From Mobula birostris (taxonomy: Eukaryota), in NCBI RefSeq assembly GCF_030028105.1, contig NC_092391.1, forward strand, positions 15,597,223 through 15,661,222: a stretch of DNA of 64,000 nucleotides, given 5' to 3'. Position numbers and translations under genes: made by a program. This document shows, one piece after another, positions 37,690-49,466 of the stretch (positions within the stretch are counted from its first letter, which is position 1; each line of letters begins with the position of its first letter). The notes beneath the pieces were generated by a model. It had not been told where the DNA came from. It was given only the letters and a program-made list of their open reading frames with translations, and ran no database searches.

Positions 37690-39425
37690 TAAATATGCAG
37701 GAATTCTCCTGAGGCTGTTACAAACAGGACTGATAAAGACATATCAGGAGGCAGAGCGCATTTGTATTTCCAGAAGAACTTCAATAAATTGCAACAGGAT
37801 GGTCGCTGCACAAGATGAGTGTGTAGAGATTTTGGGTAGTCTATTAGCTGAGATGGTAGTAGCTAACTAACAGAAGTCTCAGGACAAGGGGGTCATCTTC
37901 AGATTGACAACCAGCCACAATGCAACTGGCGTCAGTCCTGAAGCCTCAACTACTTAGCCAAATTTGCTGATGGTATATAGGTAATTGAGTTACCAATTTG
38001 TGAGGAGAATAGAAGTTGTTAATGACACAATATATATAAATAAATGAGTGGGCAGGATATTGGCGAGTGTAGTATGGTAATGGTGTAATGTAATAATCCA
38101 AAGTCATCTACTTTGGAAAGAAGAGTGAAAATGCAATTCATTTTATGAATGGTGAGACTAAACTATGTGTTACAAATGGATCTGTGGTTCCTAATACACA
38201 AAGCACAAGAGGTTATCGTGCTGCTCCAGCAAATACTTAGGAGCGTGGATGGGATGTTGGTCTGTATTACAAGAAACATGGAGAGAGGGTGTGATTCAGT
38301 TTTACAGGGTGTAGGTGAGACCACAGCTAGGCGATAGCAACACTTCTGATCTTTGTATTTAAAGAAGGATATACTTCTACTGGGGGGTGGGGGTGATGCT
38401 GAGAAAGTTCACTGGGTTGATACCTGGCCTGGAACGTTCAGCATCAGGCTTAATATCACCAGCATACGTTGTGAAATTTGCAGTATAGTGCAATACATGA
38501 TAATACAGAAAAAAGCTGAATTACAGTGGGTATATCAAATAGTTAAATTAGTAGTTCAAGAGCAAACAAATAGAAGAGTAGTGAGGTAGTATTCAATGTC
38601 GATTCAGGAATCGGATGGCAGAGGGGAAGGAGCTGTTGCTGGATTGCTGAGTGTGTGTCTTCAGGCTTCTGATAGGAAGCTGACATATGTAGAGAGGCTG
38701 AGCAGTTTGTCGTTGGTCAGTGGAGTACTGAAGAACGAGAGGTAAGCGTTAAAATCTGATTTCACAGGCTTGAGACCAAGAGGATGAAACCGAGAGGGGG
38801 GGGGAGGGGAATTCTGGAACTGGGCTGCATAGTTTCTGAATCATACAAAGTTTCAGTAAGTATTTATTTGACAAAGACAAATCTGTGGAGTGGCAGGGTG
38901 GAGATATGTCTCTACCAAAGGAGGTGTAAGATGCTCCTTCCCTCCGCTAGCCTGCAGGTCACCTTTGGGCAAGGTGTAGCACCTGCTCAGCCCCCCCATG
39001 ATTAGGGTCACATGAAGCCATGGGAGCAGGTGGTGGATGGCCGTACGAGAAGTTGGTGCATATCACAAGTCCTGGTTATGCGACCACTGACGCCAGGCAG
39101 TCTCTGAAGATAATGGCTGGGATCACCCATCCTGTAAAGACAGTACCCAGAAGAAGGCGATGGAAAACCACTTCTGTAGAATTTGCCAAGAGCAGTCATG
39201 GTCATAGACCATGATTGTTCACTTCACACGACATGGCACATAATGAAGGTGATGGAACCTGTGGAATTCTCTACCTCATTGAGCTGTAGAGCTGGAGTCA
39301 CTGAACATATTCATGGTGGAGATTCAATGAAGGGCAGGGAGCCGGAGAGTGGTATTAGGGCCAAGTTTGAATAGTAGAGCAGGGTTGAAGGGCCATCTTG
39401 GTTTATGCCCCTTTTCCTTATGTTC
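37690..39425 (+). mobile_element. Old, highly decayed CR1 with nested Rex-Babar tail (about 38440-38670, minus) and RTE-like element
   Basis: Traces of KFADG, VIYFGKK and GMLVCITR, plus a CR1-like end (ttgaagggcc...ttccttatgttct). Confidence 0.5.
38880..39252 (+). mobile_element. RTE-associated non-autonomous element
   Basis: gaagaaggcgatggaaaaccacttctgta resembles the RTE/Bov-A/Sauria-SINE segment; TGA-rich tail. Confidence 0.55.
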
Positions 39426-40053
39426 TCCTGTTCATAGTTGCCAGTCAGAGCCGCGAGCTAAAAATTGTGAATTAGAAGGCCAGAACTGCTTATCCCTTTG
39501 ACATGACAAGTGACCCTCCCATTACAAAGTCACTGTGCCATCAAAAAAGCCTCAGATCCTGATGGGCTTGGATAGGCCAGACGTCCTGGGGCTGAATTTT
39601 GCTCACTAGCAGAGTCAGTACAGAGGCTGTGACTCTCTGAGGGCCAGGGATGAATTAGAAGCCACAATGCAGACAACGAATTCTGGATCACCTTCACAAA
39701 AGACAGTGGTGATGCAATAAGTCTTTAAAGCAAGAACATTTCTTGTGATGAGACAGAAACTGACAGAAGTGGCCAGCTTTAACTTTTTTCCAGTCCCAAT
39801 CGTTGAACTGAAACATTAAATTTGCTTATCACGCCCCCCCCCAGCTGCTGCCCAACCTCCTGAATATTTCCTGTATTCCCTATTTTATTTGGCTGTGGGA
39901 AAATTGCACTCCCACTTTGCAAATAGACTTGCCAATGCAATGGGCTTCTCTTTCCCCTCTTCCTCTGTTTCAAACCTCTACCTCACCCTAATTTCCTCCT
40001 GGTTATGTTTCCTTGATCATGAGTCAGTCTTGTCTTAAAACTTCAGGGCAAAA

Positions 40054-40115
40054 AATAGAATGCGGATCAATGATGTAACAAGTCAATAGAATGCTGAGCA
40101 ATGATGTAACAAGTC
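40054..40115. repeat. 31-bp tandem duplication (2 copies, 2 mismatches)
   Basis: aatagaatgcggatcaatgatgtaacaagtc followed by aatagaatgctgagcaatgatgtaacaagtc. Confidence 0.9.
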
Positions 40116-40660
40116 ACTTTACTCTGTTGTCACTGTATAATAAAATGCCATAATATGTTAACATAGAGCAAAAATAACCATTTCTACAAAAGAAGTGTTG
40201 AACCTGGTATAATAATACTGCGCGGCATATTATATCACCAGCCGTTCGCACCCTCTAAACCATGCTTGTTGCAAATTCAGCCAATTCCACCCATCCAACT
40301 GGTATTTTGCAAACAAATGCAGCCACTAGTGTTTTAGGCATTGGTACATCTAGACAATAGATGAAATTGGATTATGCAGCAAATTTTTGAAGAGTCCATT
40401 CTGCAGTTACTCGCCATAATAGTGGGTTTTAGTTCAATCCCCCCCTCCCCGTACGGATTATGAGCAATGTTCACTGTGGGATACGGTACAGACGTGTCAA
40501 CTTGTACAGTCTCATCATCACCACCAATAGAAACATGGAGCTTTGAAAGTGGCCCGTTCATTGGTGCGGCGCGGAGTCGTCGCAGGAGCCCTCCCGCTCT
40601 TGAAGCACCTCAGCAGACTGGACACCCTGGGCCTAAAGTTTACCCACAGACGCCCGTTGA
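40100..40660 (-). other. Probable NTNG2 3' UTR
   Basis: Repeat-free sequence after the stop codon. Candidate poly(A) signals are variant AGTAAA (plus-strand tttact 40118-40123) and AATAAA (tttatt 39884-39889). The end is not determined. Confidence 0.5.
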
Positions 40661-40881
40661 CTAGGAGAATGCAGCCACCAGCAGCAGTGTGAGAGCGTAG
40701 AGCAGGGCAGTGCCCGGGCCGAGGGATGAGACGGGCGCCGCGTTGCAATCCTCGTCCTGCAGGTCGCATTTGCGGCTTTCGCACAGGACGCCGGTGTAGC
40801 CCTTGGGGCAGAGGCAGCGCTGGTTCTGACGGCAGGTCCCACCGTTCTGGCACAGCAGGAGTTCATTGTCGCAGATATTTG
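40661..40881 (-). CDS. NTNG2: Netrin-G2-like last coding exon: EGF module plus hydrophobic GPI-anchor signal
   Basis: ccttttgtctccctcag|CA AAT ATC TGC gives [73 protein letters not shown]-stop (TAG at 40663-40661). QNQRC and GYTGV favour G2 over G1. Confidence 0.9.
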
Positions 40882-40989
40882 CTGAGGGAGACAAAAGGGC
40901 AGCTTTTAAGACCGGGAAGGGTTGAGGGGAAGTGAGGTTGAAACTTTTAAAACTGTTATTTCAGGAAGCAGGAGCCGCACACGAAAGAG

Positions 40990-41230
40990 GGTGGCATGAT
41001 ACTGTAGCAGTTAGTGCTTTGCTTTACAGCCCCAGCAGCCAGGGTTCAATTCTCACTGTTGTCTGTGAGGAGTTTGTACGTTCTCACTCTGACTGCATGG
41101 GTTTCCTCCGGGTGCTCCGGGTTTCGCTCCACATTACAGAGTTCTGTGGGTTAATGGGTGTAATTGAGCGGTGTGAGGTCATTGGCCAGAGGGGCCTGTA
41201 AACCGTGCTGTACGTCTAAAATTAAATTTA
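40990..41230 (+). mobile_element. HE1/V-type SINE
   Basis: gggttcaattc B box and gtctgtgaggagtttgtacgttctc..gggtttcctccgggtgctccgg V-domain; CR1-like 3' end. Confidence 0.75.
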
Positions 41231-41597
41231 AAGATAAAGAAAAGGTGGAGACACTGAGAGAGTTGAACATTTATGGGGGGAGACGCCAGAATCCGCAGCA
41301 ACACCCTAAACGCTGGAAGAGATGGATAGTCCAGGTGAAGGGTCTCAACCTGAAAAATCAACTGCCCATTTCCCCCTACAGTTGCTGCCTGACCCGCTGA
41401 GTTTCACCAGCTTTTGCTTTGTGTATCGCTCCAGATTCCAACATCTGGGGTTTCTTGTGTCTCCAGTTCTAAGAAGTGATTTCAACCCCTCTGACCTCCC
41501 CCAGAAATTATACTGGGCTAGTGCATTTTCCCAAGACATTTCAACTTGGCTGCTGCTACTGTGACACCAGTTAGGAGAGACCTGTGTGTAGCCGTTA

Positions 41598-41611
41598 CTG
41601 CCACCTGCTGG
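41598..41611 (-). promoter_or_regulatory. CTCF-like motif
   Basis: Reverse strand CCAGCAGGTGGCAG(TA) matches the CTCF core consensus and lies in unique intronic sequence. Confidence 0.5.
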
Positions 41612-41939
41612 TGAGTCTAGAGAACTGGTTTACTCTGGCACTTTTATTTTCTTATAAATTTTGGGCTGTTTTGGTGGAGGTACTAATTTTTTTTAAAAAT
41701 CAAAGTCATAATAAATCACAATAAAATGTATTTACAAGAATAAACCATGCAATGCATTTTCTTTCTTTCATAGTCAATACTCTCAGTACTGTTTTATTAC
41801 ATTCCTACCCATCAATAGCACTGCTGCTACTCATGATCCTCCCAGGTAGTATATCATTACAATAGTTAATTCAGTGAAGTTACAAGTCGCTCCTATCACA
41901 GCCCCTCTTTCCCTCCTGCCTCATCCCATGACATAATGG

Positions 41940-43210
41940 CATTATGAGGGGCAGGACGTGCCTCACGAGCCTGATTGAATTCTTCGAGGGCATGACAAAA
42001 CATGTTGATGAAGGTAGAGCAATGGATGTGGGGTATATGGATTTTTCTGAGGTGTTTGTCAAGGTTTCCCATGGCAGGCTCCTCAGAAAATTAGGAGGAA
42101 TGGCTGCGCAAATTCAGCAGAAATCAAAATTCAGATTCAGAAAAATTCAGGATTGGCTTGCCCGAAGAAGGCAGAGAGTGGTAACAGATGAAGCATATTC
42201 CGCCTGGAGATCCAGGACCAGCGGTATTCCTCAGGGACCCCTGCACTTTGTGATTTCTATAAATATCCTGGATGAAGAGGTGGAAGGGTGGGTTAGTAAG
42301 TTTGCAGATGACACGAAGGTTGGTGGTGTTGTGAATCCTGTAGAAGGTTGTCATAGATCACAGTGGGACATTGACGGGATGCAGAGCTGGGCTGGGAAGT
42401 GGCAAACACAGTTCAATCCGGAAAAGTGTGAAGTGATACACTTTGGAAGGTCGAACTTGAAGGCAATATACAGGGTTAATGGTAAGATCCTTAGCAGTGT
42501 GGAAGAACAAGAGGGATCTCAGGGTCCACATCCATAGAGCCATCAAAGTTGCCGCACAACTTGATAGGGTGGTTAAGGTGTATGGTGCGTTGGCCTTCAT
42601 TAGTCAAGGAATTGATTTCAAGAGCCACAAGTTAATGTTGCAGTTCCATAAAACTCTAGTTAGACCACACTTGGAGTATTGTGTTGAGTTCTGGTCCCCT
42701 CATTATAGGGAGCATGTGGAAGCTTCAGAGAGGGCACAGAAGAGACTTCCCAGGTTGCTGCAAGGATTAGAGAGCATGGCTTATGAGGCTAGGTTGAGAG
42801 AGCTATGGCTTTTCCCTTTGGAGCCAAGTAGGATGAGAGGTGACTTGACAGAGCAGGTCAAGATGATAAGAGGCACAGATCCAGTGGGCAGCCAGACTTT
42901 TTCTTTCCCAGGACAGAAATGGCTAATACAAGAAGGTATACTTTTAAGGTGATTGGAGCAAAGTATAGGGGAGAGGCCAGAGGTAGATTTTAAACACAGA
43001 GAGGGATGGGTGCATGGAACGTGCTGCCAGAGGTGGTGGCAGATGCAGATACATTAGGGACATTTAAGCGATTCTTAATAGGCACATGGATGATAGAAAG
43101 GGGGAGGGCCATGTGGGAGGGAAGAGTTAAATTGATCTTGAAGAAGGTTAAAAGGTCGGCACAACATTGTGGGCTGAAGGGCCTGTACTGAACTGTACTG
43201 TTCAATATTC
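41940..43210 (+). mobile_element. CR1 3' half in the last NTNG2 intron
   Basis: ORFs 41944-42537 and 42479-42952 (TCLTSLIEFF, KFADDTK, KCEVIHFG, LVRPHLEYC). Confidence 0.88.
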
Positions 43211-43556
43211 TACCACAATATCTCTAACTTTTCCCAGTTCTGATGGAAGAGTATTGAGCTAAAAAGTCGAGTGATCTTCCCTCTGCGAATGCTGCCTGAC
43301 CTTTTAATCATTTCCAGCATTTTCTAACTTTGTCTCAGAGTTCCAACATCTGCCCTGTTTCTTTCCCTTCAGGTTAACTTTGGGTAGCGCCTGTTCCATC
43401 TGCCCGCGTTCGGTTCGCACTGTCTCTCGACCTGCTTGGGGTCTGGCCATGGGAACACTTAATGATCTTCAGCAGCTTGTCTCGGATGCGTCAGGGTTGA
43501 GATTATTGCTAATGGCCTACCGCAATGCTTCCAACTCTACAGCCACGGTTACTCAC

Positions 43557-43691
43557 GGAAGCAGCCCTGTCTCCAGTGGAATCCTGGTTTACAATCATCA
43601 CACTTCACGCCCGTTGCTCCTTCCCTACATTCACAGTGTCCAGTCTCATTGCAGCGATCGTGCCTCGATCCGTGTTGATTGCAGTTGCATA
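43557..43691 (-). CDS. NTNG2: Netrin-G2-like internal coding exon (laminin-EGF repeat), 135 nt, phase 1-1
   Basis: Reverse strand reads aaacag|TA TGC AAC TGC...TGC TTC C|gtgagt, giving [45 protein letters not shown]. It splices in frame to both neighbouring exons. The [17 protein letters not shown] and WRQGC motifs are NTNG2-type. Not in the ORF track. Confidence 0.93.
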
Positions 43692-43789
43692 CTGTTTTTT
43701 AAAAAACACATTTTAGTGCTTCAGGGAATATTCAAGACACACTTGCCTCAAACTTGTCCCAGTACAGTGCTGTTTCAGGCGTAAAAAGA

Positions 43790-44590
43790 AAAAGGGAGCA
43801 AAATCTCATATTCCGCCTGGGTAGCCTCCAACCTGATGGCATGAACGTTTATTTCTCCTTCCAGTAAATGTTTTCCATCCCCCTTCCCACTTTGTCTATT
43901 TCTCACTCTGCCCTCACCTGCCTATCACCTCCTCCCGGTGCCCCTCCTTCTTCCCTATCTCCCGTGCTCAAATCCCCCCTGCAAGCAACACACACGAAAT
44001 GCTGGAGGAACCCAGCAGGCCGGGCAGCATTTATGGATAAAAGAACAGTTTACGTTTCCCGCTCAGACTCTCAGGCAGGACTGGAGAAAAACAGCTGAGG
44101 AGTAGATTTAAGAGGTATGGGGGGTGAGGAGGAGGATGAGGGAGGGAGGGGGAGGGGAGGGAGAGGGGGAGGGAGAGAAAAGGAAAGAAAGAAACACAAG
44201 GTGATATGTGAAACCGGGAGGGGGAGGGATGAAATAAGGAGCGGGGAAGTTGATTGGTAAAAGAGATACAGGAGAAGGGGGAGTCTGATAGGAGAGAACA
44301 AAAGGCCATGGATGAAAGAAAAGGGGAAGAGCACCAGAGGGAGGTAGTGGGCAGGCAAGGAGATAAGGTGGGACAGGGAAAAGGGGATGGGGAAAGGTGA
44401 AGGGGGGCATTACTGGAAGTTCGAGAAATCAATGTTCATGCCATCAGGTTGGAGGCTACCCAGACTGAATATAAAGTGTTGTTCCTCCACCCTAAGTGTG
44501 GCCTCATCACGGTACTGGAGGAGGCCATGGATAGACATATCTGAATGGGAATGGGAAGTGGAATTAAAATGGGTGGCCACTGGGAGATCC
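43790..44590. mobile_element. Two Penelope-like 3' ends in tail-to-tail orientation
   Basis: Plus strand about 43795-43865 gives EQNLIFRLGSLQPDGMN. Minus strand about 44580-44420 gives HFNSTSHSHSDMSIHGL..EEQHFIFSLGSLQPDGMNIDF (GIY-YIG-domain C-terminus type). Confidence 0.75.
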
Positions 44591-45231
44591 CGCTAGTTTC
44601 GGTTGGTGCTCGGCGAAGTGGTCTACCAATCAGCACGCCAGTCAGCATCTTTGGAGACATCAGGGCTGGACCTTTCAGCATTTTTACGTATTGCGCTGTA
44701 CTTATGCCGCAAATAGCAAATTTCACGACAGATGTCAGCGATAGTAAACCCGGTTCTGATTCGGATTCGGGTACCCCTCTGTACTAATCCCATCCGCCGG
44801 CACTGTTCTCAATGTCTCGCTGGTTCAATGACATTACCCATTCCAGGTAAATGCTTTGAGAGACTCTGCTTCCATCACCCCTCAAGCGGTGCGTTGCAGA
44901 TCCCAAACACCCTCCGGGAGAAACTGCTCTTCGTCAGAGAAAGTTTTTACGCCTCACTCCAAACGTCTGCTCTCTGGTGCCAGGCCTCTCCCGTGAAAGT
45001 TTGCAGCCGCCCGTTCCGTTGCCTCGTGGCGACAACGGAAGAATCGCCAGAACCGGTCGCTCTCCATCAGACCGGCAGAAATAGCCAAGTTCCCGCGAAC
45101 TGGGGCGGGTGACAGCGTGTCGCCAAGCTCGGGGACTCACATTGGATTTACAAGGGGAGGGCACACCGCCCCCAGGCTTACGAGAGGCTGGCGGTTCACA
45201 CCAGTCACTACCTGACAGCGATATTGGTTAC

Positions 45232-45383
45232 ACACACAAAATGTTGGAGGAACTCAGCAGGTCAGGCAGCATCTATAGAGAGGAATAAATGGCGACTATT
45301 CATTCCTCTTCATAGATGCTGCCAGACCTGCTGAATTCCTTCAGCACATTGTGGAATTCCAGCATCTGCAGAACTTCTTGTGT
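45232..45383. repeat. Short palindromic Penelope-derived repeat
   Basis: aatgttggaggaactcagcaggtcaggcagcatctat paired with atagatgctgccagacctgctgaattccttcagcacatt. Confidence 0.75.
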
Positions 45384-46329
45384 TAGAGATATCGATTGCC
45401 AACGTTGTATTAAAAACGGTTCATTGGGGCAGTCAATTTTTCACTGAGAAATATAATTCACCATCTAAAATGCATGAACAGTGAATCGTCCACCCGTGTC
45501 CCCTCTATTCTTTATTCTCTCCTCCTGATCTGCCCAGATTGTTCCGCCCACACCCAACCATCCCCTCTTTCCACCTCGCCACCCACTCGATCTTCACCCA
45601 CCCACCCACTGGGGGCCCTCCGCTAATGTTCCCACACCGTACCCACCTCCACTTTCTTTCCTATTAGATTCCGTCTTCTACGGCCCTTCGTTCCCTCCGC
45701 TCAACACCTTCCAGCCACTGTCGCTCTTCCCATTCTTCCTATCGTCCCTCCAAACTTGAATCTCTTTCCCCACCCTTCCGCTCACCTGGCTATTCTTTCA
45801 AGTCTATTTTCTCCACAGATGCTGCCTAACCCGTTAAGTTCCTCCGGGAGTTTGTCTTTTTTTAAACTCCAGATTGCAACAGCATTGTCTACCCTGGATG
45901 AGGCCTGCAGACTTACAGCCGGGTCCTGCTGACGGCAGCTTCTGATGAGGTCTCGGGACGGACGTGAGAGCGGTCTCTGAATGACCCACTTCGGGGAAGC
46001 TTGCAATGCGGCCAATTGCTGTGCCACTGCCCGACCAATAGATGAGGTTTGGTCCTGTGGACCGGAGGGTCAGCAGCCCCCGTAACTGGAATGAGCCCGA
46101 GACTAGCACAAAGGTTAACCCGTGGGAGCGCGATCCCTGAGCCTTTCTGAGGCCAATAATGTGAGGCCCATAGACGTTACAGATCCGATGTAGGGCACAT
46201 CACCCCTGGCTCCCTTGCCGACTTTCCATAAGGTGGTCCCTGGGCGCGCTTATAGCCTTGGAGAAGATTTTTACACACCCTGTCATCTATTCCGCACGCA
46301 AAATCTTCAAAATGAATGATACCTAAAGG

Positions 46330-46525
46330 AACACACACACAAAATGCTGCAGGAACTCAGCAGGCCGGGCAGCTTCTACAGAAAAGAGTAAACAGTCTAC
46401 TTTACGGCCTGAGACCCTTCAGCAGGACTTTTCCACATATGCTGCCTCGCCTGCTAGGTTCATCCGGCATTTTGTCTATGTTGCTTGGATTTCCAGCACC
46501 TGCAGATTTTCTCTTGTTTGTGATT
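46330..46525. repeat. Short palindromic Penelope-derived repeat
   Basis: acacacaaaatgctgcaggaactcagcagg paired with cctgctaggttcatccggcattttgtc. Confidence 0.72.
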
Positions 46526-46527
46526 GG

Positions 46528-47663
46528 ATATAGAAACATTGAAAACCTACAGCACAATACAGGCCCTTCGGCCCACAATGCTATGCCGAACATGCACTTA
46601 CTTTAGAAATTACCTCGGGTTACAGATAGCTCTCTATTTTTCTAATCTCCGTATATCTATCTAGGAGTCTCTTAAAAGACCCTATCATATCTGCCTCCAC
46701 CACAGTCGCCAGCAGCCCATTCCACCCACTCACCACTCTCTGCACAAAAAAAACTTACCCCTGACATCTCCTCTGTACCTACTCCCCAGCACCTTAAACC
46801 TGTGCCGTCTCGTGTTAGCCATTTCAGCCCTGGAAAAAAAGCCTCTGACTATCCACATGATCAATGCCTCTCATCATCTTATACACCTCTATCAGGTCAC
46901 CTCTCATCCTCCGTCGCTCCAAGGAGAAAAAGCCGAGTTCACTCAACCTATTCTCATAGTGCATGCTCCCCAATCTAGGCAACATCCTTGTAAATCTCCT
47001 CTGCACCCTTTCTATAGTTCCTACATCCTTCCTGTAGTGAGGTGATCAGAACTGAGCACAGTACTCCACGTGGGGTCCTATATAGCTATAACATTACCTC
47101 TTGGCTCTTAAACGCAGTCCCACGGTTGAGGAAGGCCAATGCACTTGTATGCATTCTTAACCACAGAGTCAACGCGCAGCAGCTTTGAATGTCCATGAGT
47201 GCCCCAAGATCCCTCTATTCCTCCACACTGCCAAGAGTCTTACCATTAATACTATATTCTGCCATCATATTTGACCTACCAAAATGAACCACCTCACACT
47301 TATCTGGGTTGAACTCCATCTGCCACTTCTCAGCCCAGTTTTGCATTTGATCAATGCCCCACTGTAACCTCTGACAGCCCTCCACACTATCCACAACACC
47401 CCAATCTTTGTGTCATCAGCAAATTTACTAACCCATCCCTCCACTTCCTCATGCAGGTAATTTATAAAAATCACGAAGAGTAGGGATCCCAGAACAGATC
47501 CCTGAGGCACGCAACTGGTCACCGACCTCCATGCAGAATATGACCCGTCTACAATCACTCTTTGTCTTCTGTGGGCAAGCCACAAAGCAAGGTCCCCTTG
47601 GATCCCATGCCTCCTTTCTTTCTGAATAAGCCTTGCACGGGGCACCTTATCAAATGCCTTGCT
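46528..47663 (-). mobile_element. CR1 3' half in NTNG2 intron
   Basis: AFDKVPRARL, VPQGSVLG, KFADDTK and MRGDLIEVYKMMRGID motifs. Confidence 0.88.
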
Positions 47664-48689
47664 GGATATCTAAAGGGCTGCCATCCATTTGTTTAAATAA
47701 ATGGGTGCCAGAAGTCAGCGTCAATGTTTGCAAGGAAGATGCAAGGAAAAGACAGTATTCCTTGTGACCAGTAAAGCGTGAGAGTGATGAGCCTGGCTAT
47801 TGTGCCAGAGTAGTGTGAGTAACCTTCTGCATGCGGAATGGCCTAATTCTGCTCCCATGTCATATGGATTTACGGTTAATTAAAACGGACGCCTCTGTCA
47901 GTGACCAGTCGGTGGTCGGTACCTAGTCCAACCTGGCTGAAAATCTCGCCAAGGACAAAGTTAGATGTTGAAAGGGAGATGGAGACTGGACCATGGAACA
48001 TCCAAACCCAGACACCAAAATGAGTACAGAATCCCTACGCCGAAACATGCGTAAAATTGCTCTTTGCCGTATTAGCATAAACATTAACTTTACCACACTC
48101 TATTTCTCAGCAGTTAAACAGAGGAATTTCTGAGCACTGATCAGCTCTTGGTCACAGCTGCCAAGATCGAATGTAACCGAGCAAGAGGAAACCCGAATGT
48201 CCCCACTTTCTCTGTACCCTTGTCTGGGGAACGCCGCGGACGAGAAGTTTCTGGCGGGGACTGAGCCGCGCAGACTGACTGTGCCGCAGCGACTGGAGAG
48301 CAGGGCGCGGCCTCGACGCTAATTGTGGAATACTTTACTGCGACTGGGGTATTTAAATTAATTTCTCTTCTCCTTCTCAATCACACTTGTCAACACAGCT
48401 TTGTCAACACGGGGGCGTAAGAAACAGCAGCAACTGTTCTACACACAAAAGAAAACAATGGCAGGGCCAGAGGACCTGCGGGAGATCTTAGCAAACGTTT
48501 CACCCGTGAGTCTAGGACAGCCCTTCCTCTGCGCTGTTGTTGAGCCCTTGCTGAGCGAGCCTGTTCACTGTTCAACCCGCACATAGACTGACTGACCGGT
48601 CACTGCATAAAATGCTCTGTCAGACACAGGTGAAGGTATCAGAACTGCGGAGATGTAACCGAATCCAAACAAGTGCAGACCTCTTGACA

Positions 48690-49040
48690 TAAGACATAGG
48701 AGTAGAATTGGGCATTTAACCAATCGAGTCTGCCCCGTTGTACGATCATGGCCGAATGAGTATCTCTCTCAATCCCATTCTCCTGCCTTGTCCCGTAACC
48801 TTTGACATCATTACTAATCAAGAATTTATCAATCTCCGCTTTAAATATACCTAGCGACTTAGCCCTGACAGCCGTCTGCGGCAATGGTTTCCACAAATTC
48901 ACCTCCCTCTTGAGAAAGAAATACCTCATCTCTTCTCTAAAGGGACGCCCTTCTATTCTGAGGCTGTGCCCTCTGGTCCTAGACTCTTCCACTATAGGAA
49001 ACATCCTCTCCACGTCCACTCTACCTAGACCTTTCTAGAC
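48690..49040 (-). mobile_element. CR1 3' fragment
   Basis: DVERMFPIVEESRTRGHSLRI..GIFKAEIDKFL; (TCTTATG) tail. Confidence 0.85.
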
Positions 49041-49466
49041 GTCTCGGGATGTCTGTGCCTAAAGCAATGCCAAATTGAACTAAGTCTTTTCTACCTGTAT
49101 ACTTTCCACATCCTTCCATTTCCTGCACGGTCACATGTCAATCAAAAATAGTCTTAAATCCAATTTCGTATCTTGTTCTATCAACTCCTTAGCAGCCCGT
49201 TCCAACCACCTCTTTGTAAAAATACTCGTCCCGCACATCCCCTTTAAACTTTCTCCTCTCTTTTGGATGTCCACTCTTTGACATTTCTGCCTCACTGTTT
49301 GCCCCCTAAGTATGCATCTCGTAATTTTATGAAGCTCGAACACTCCAGAGAAAACAACACAACTTCCAGTAAGGAGTATTTTGTAAACTGAGACGAGAGC
49401 TGTTAGAGACTGAAGGCTGAAAGAAATTTGTACAATCCGCTTGGAGTTAAGGTCTCTGGTACTGAC

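Noticed and set aside
44031-44432. Pro/Ser/Leu-rich ORFs in three frames
   Set aside because: Low-complexity polypurine 3' UTR of a Penelope-like element.
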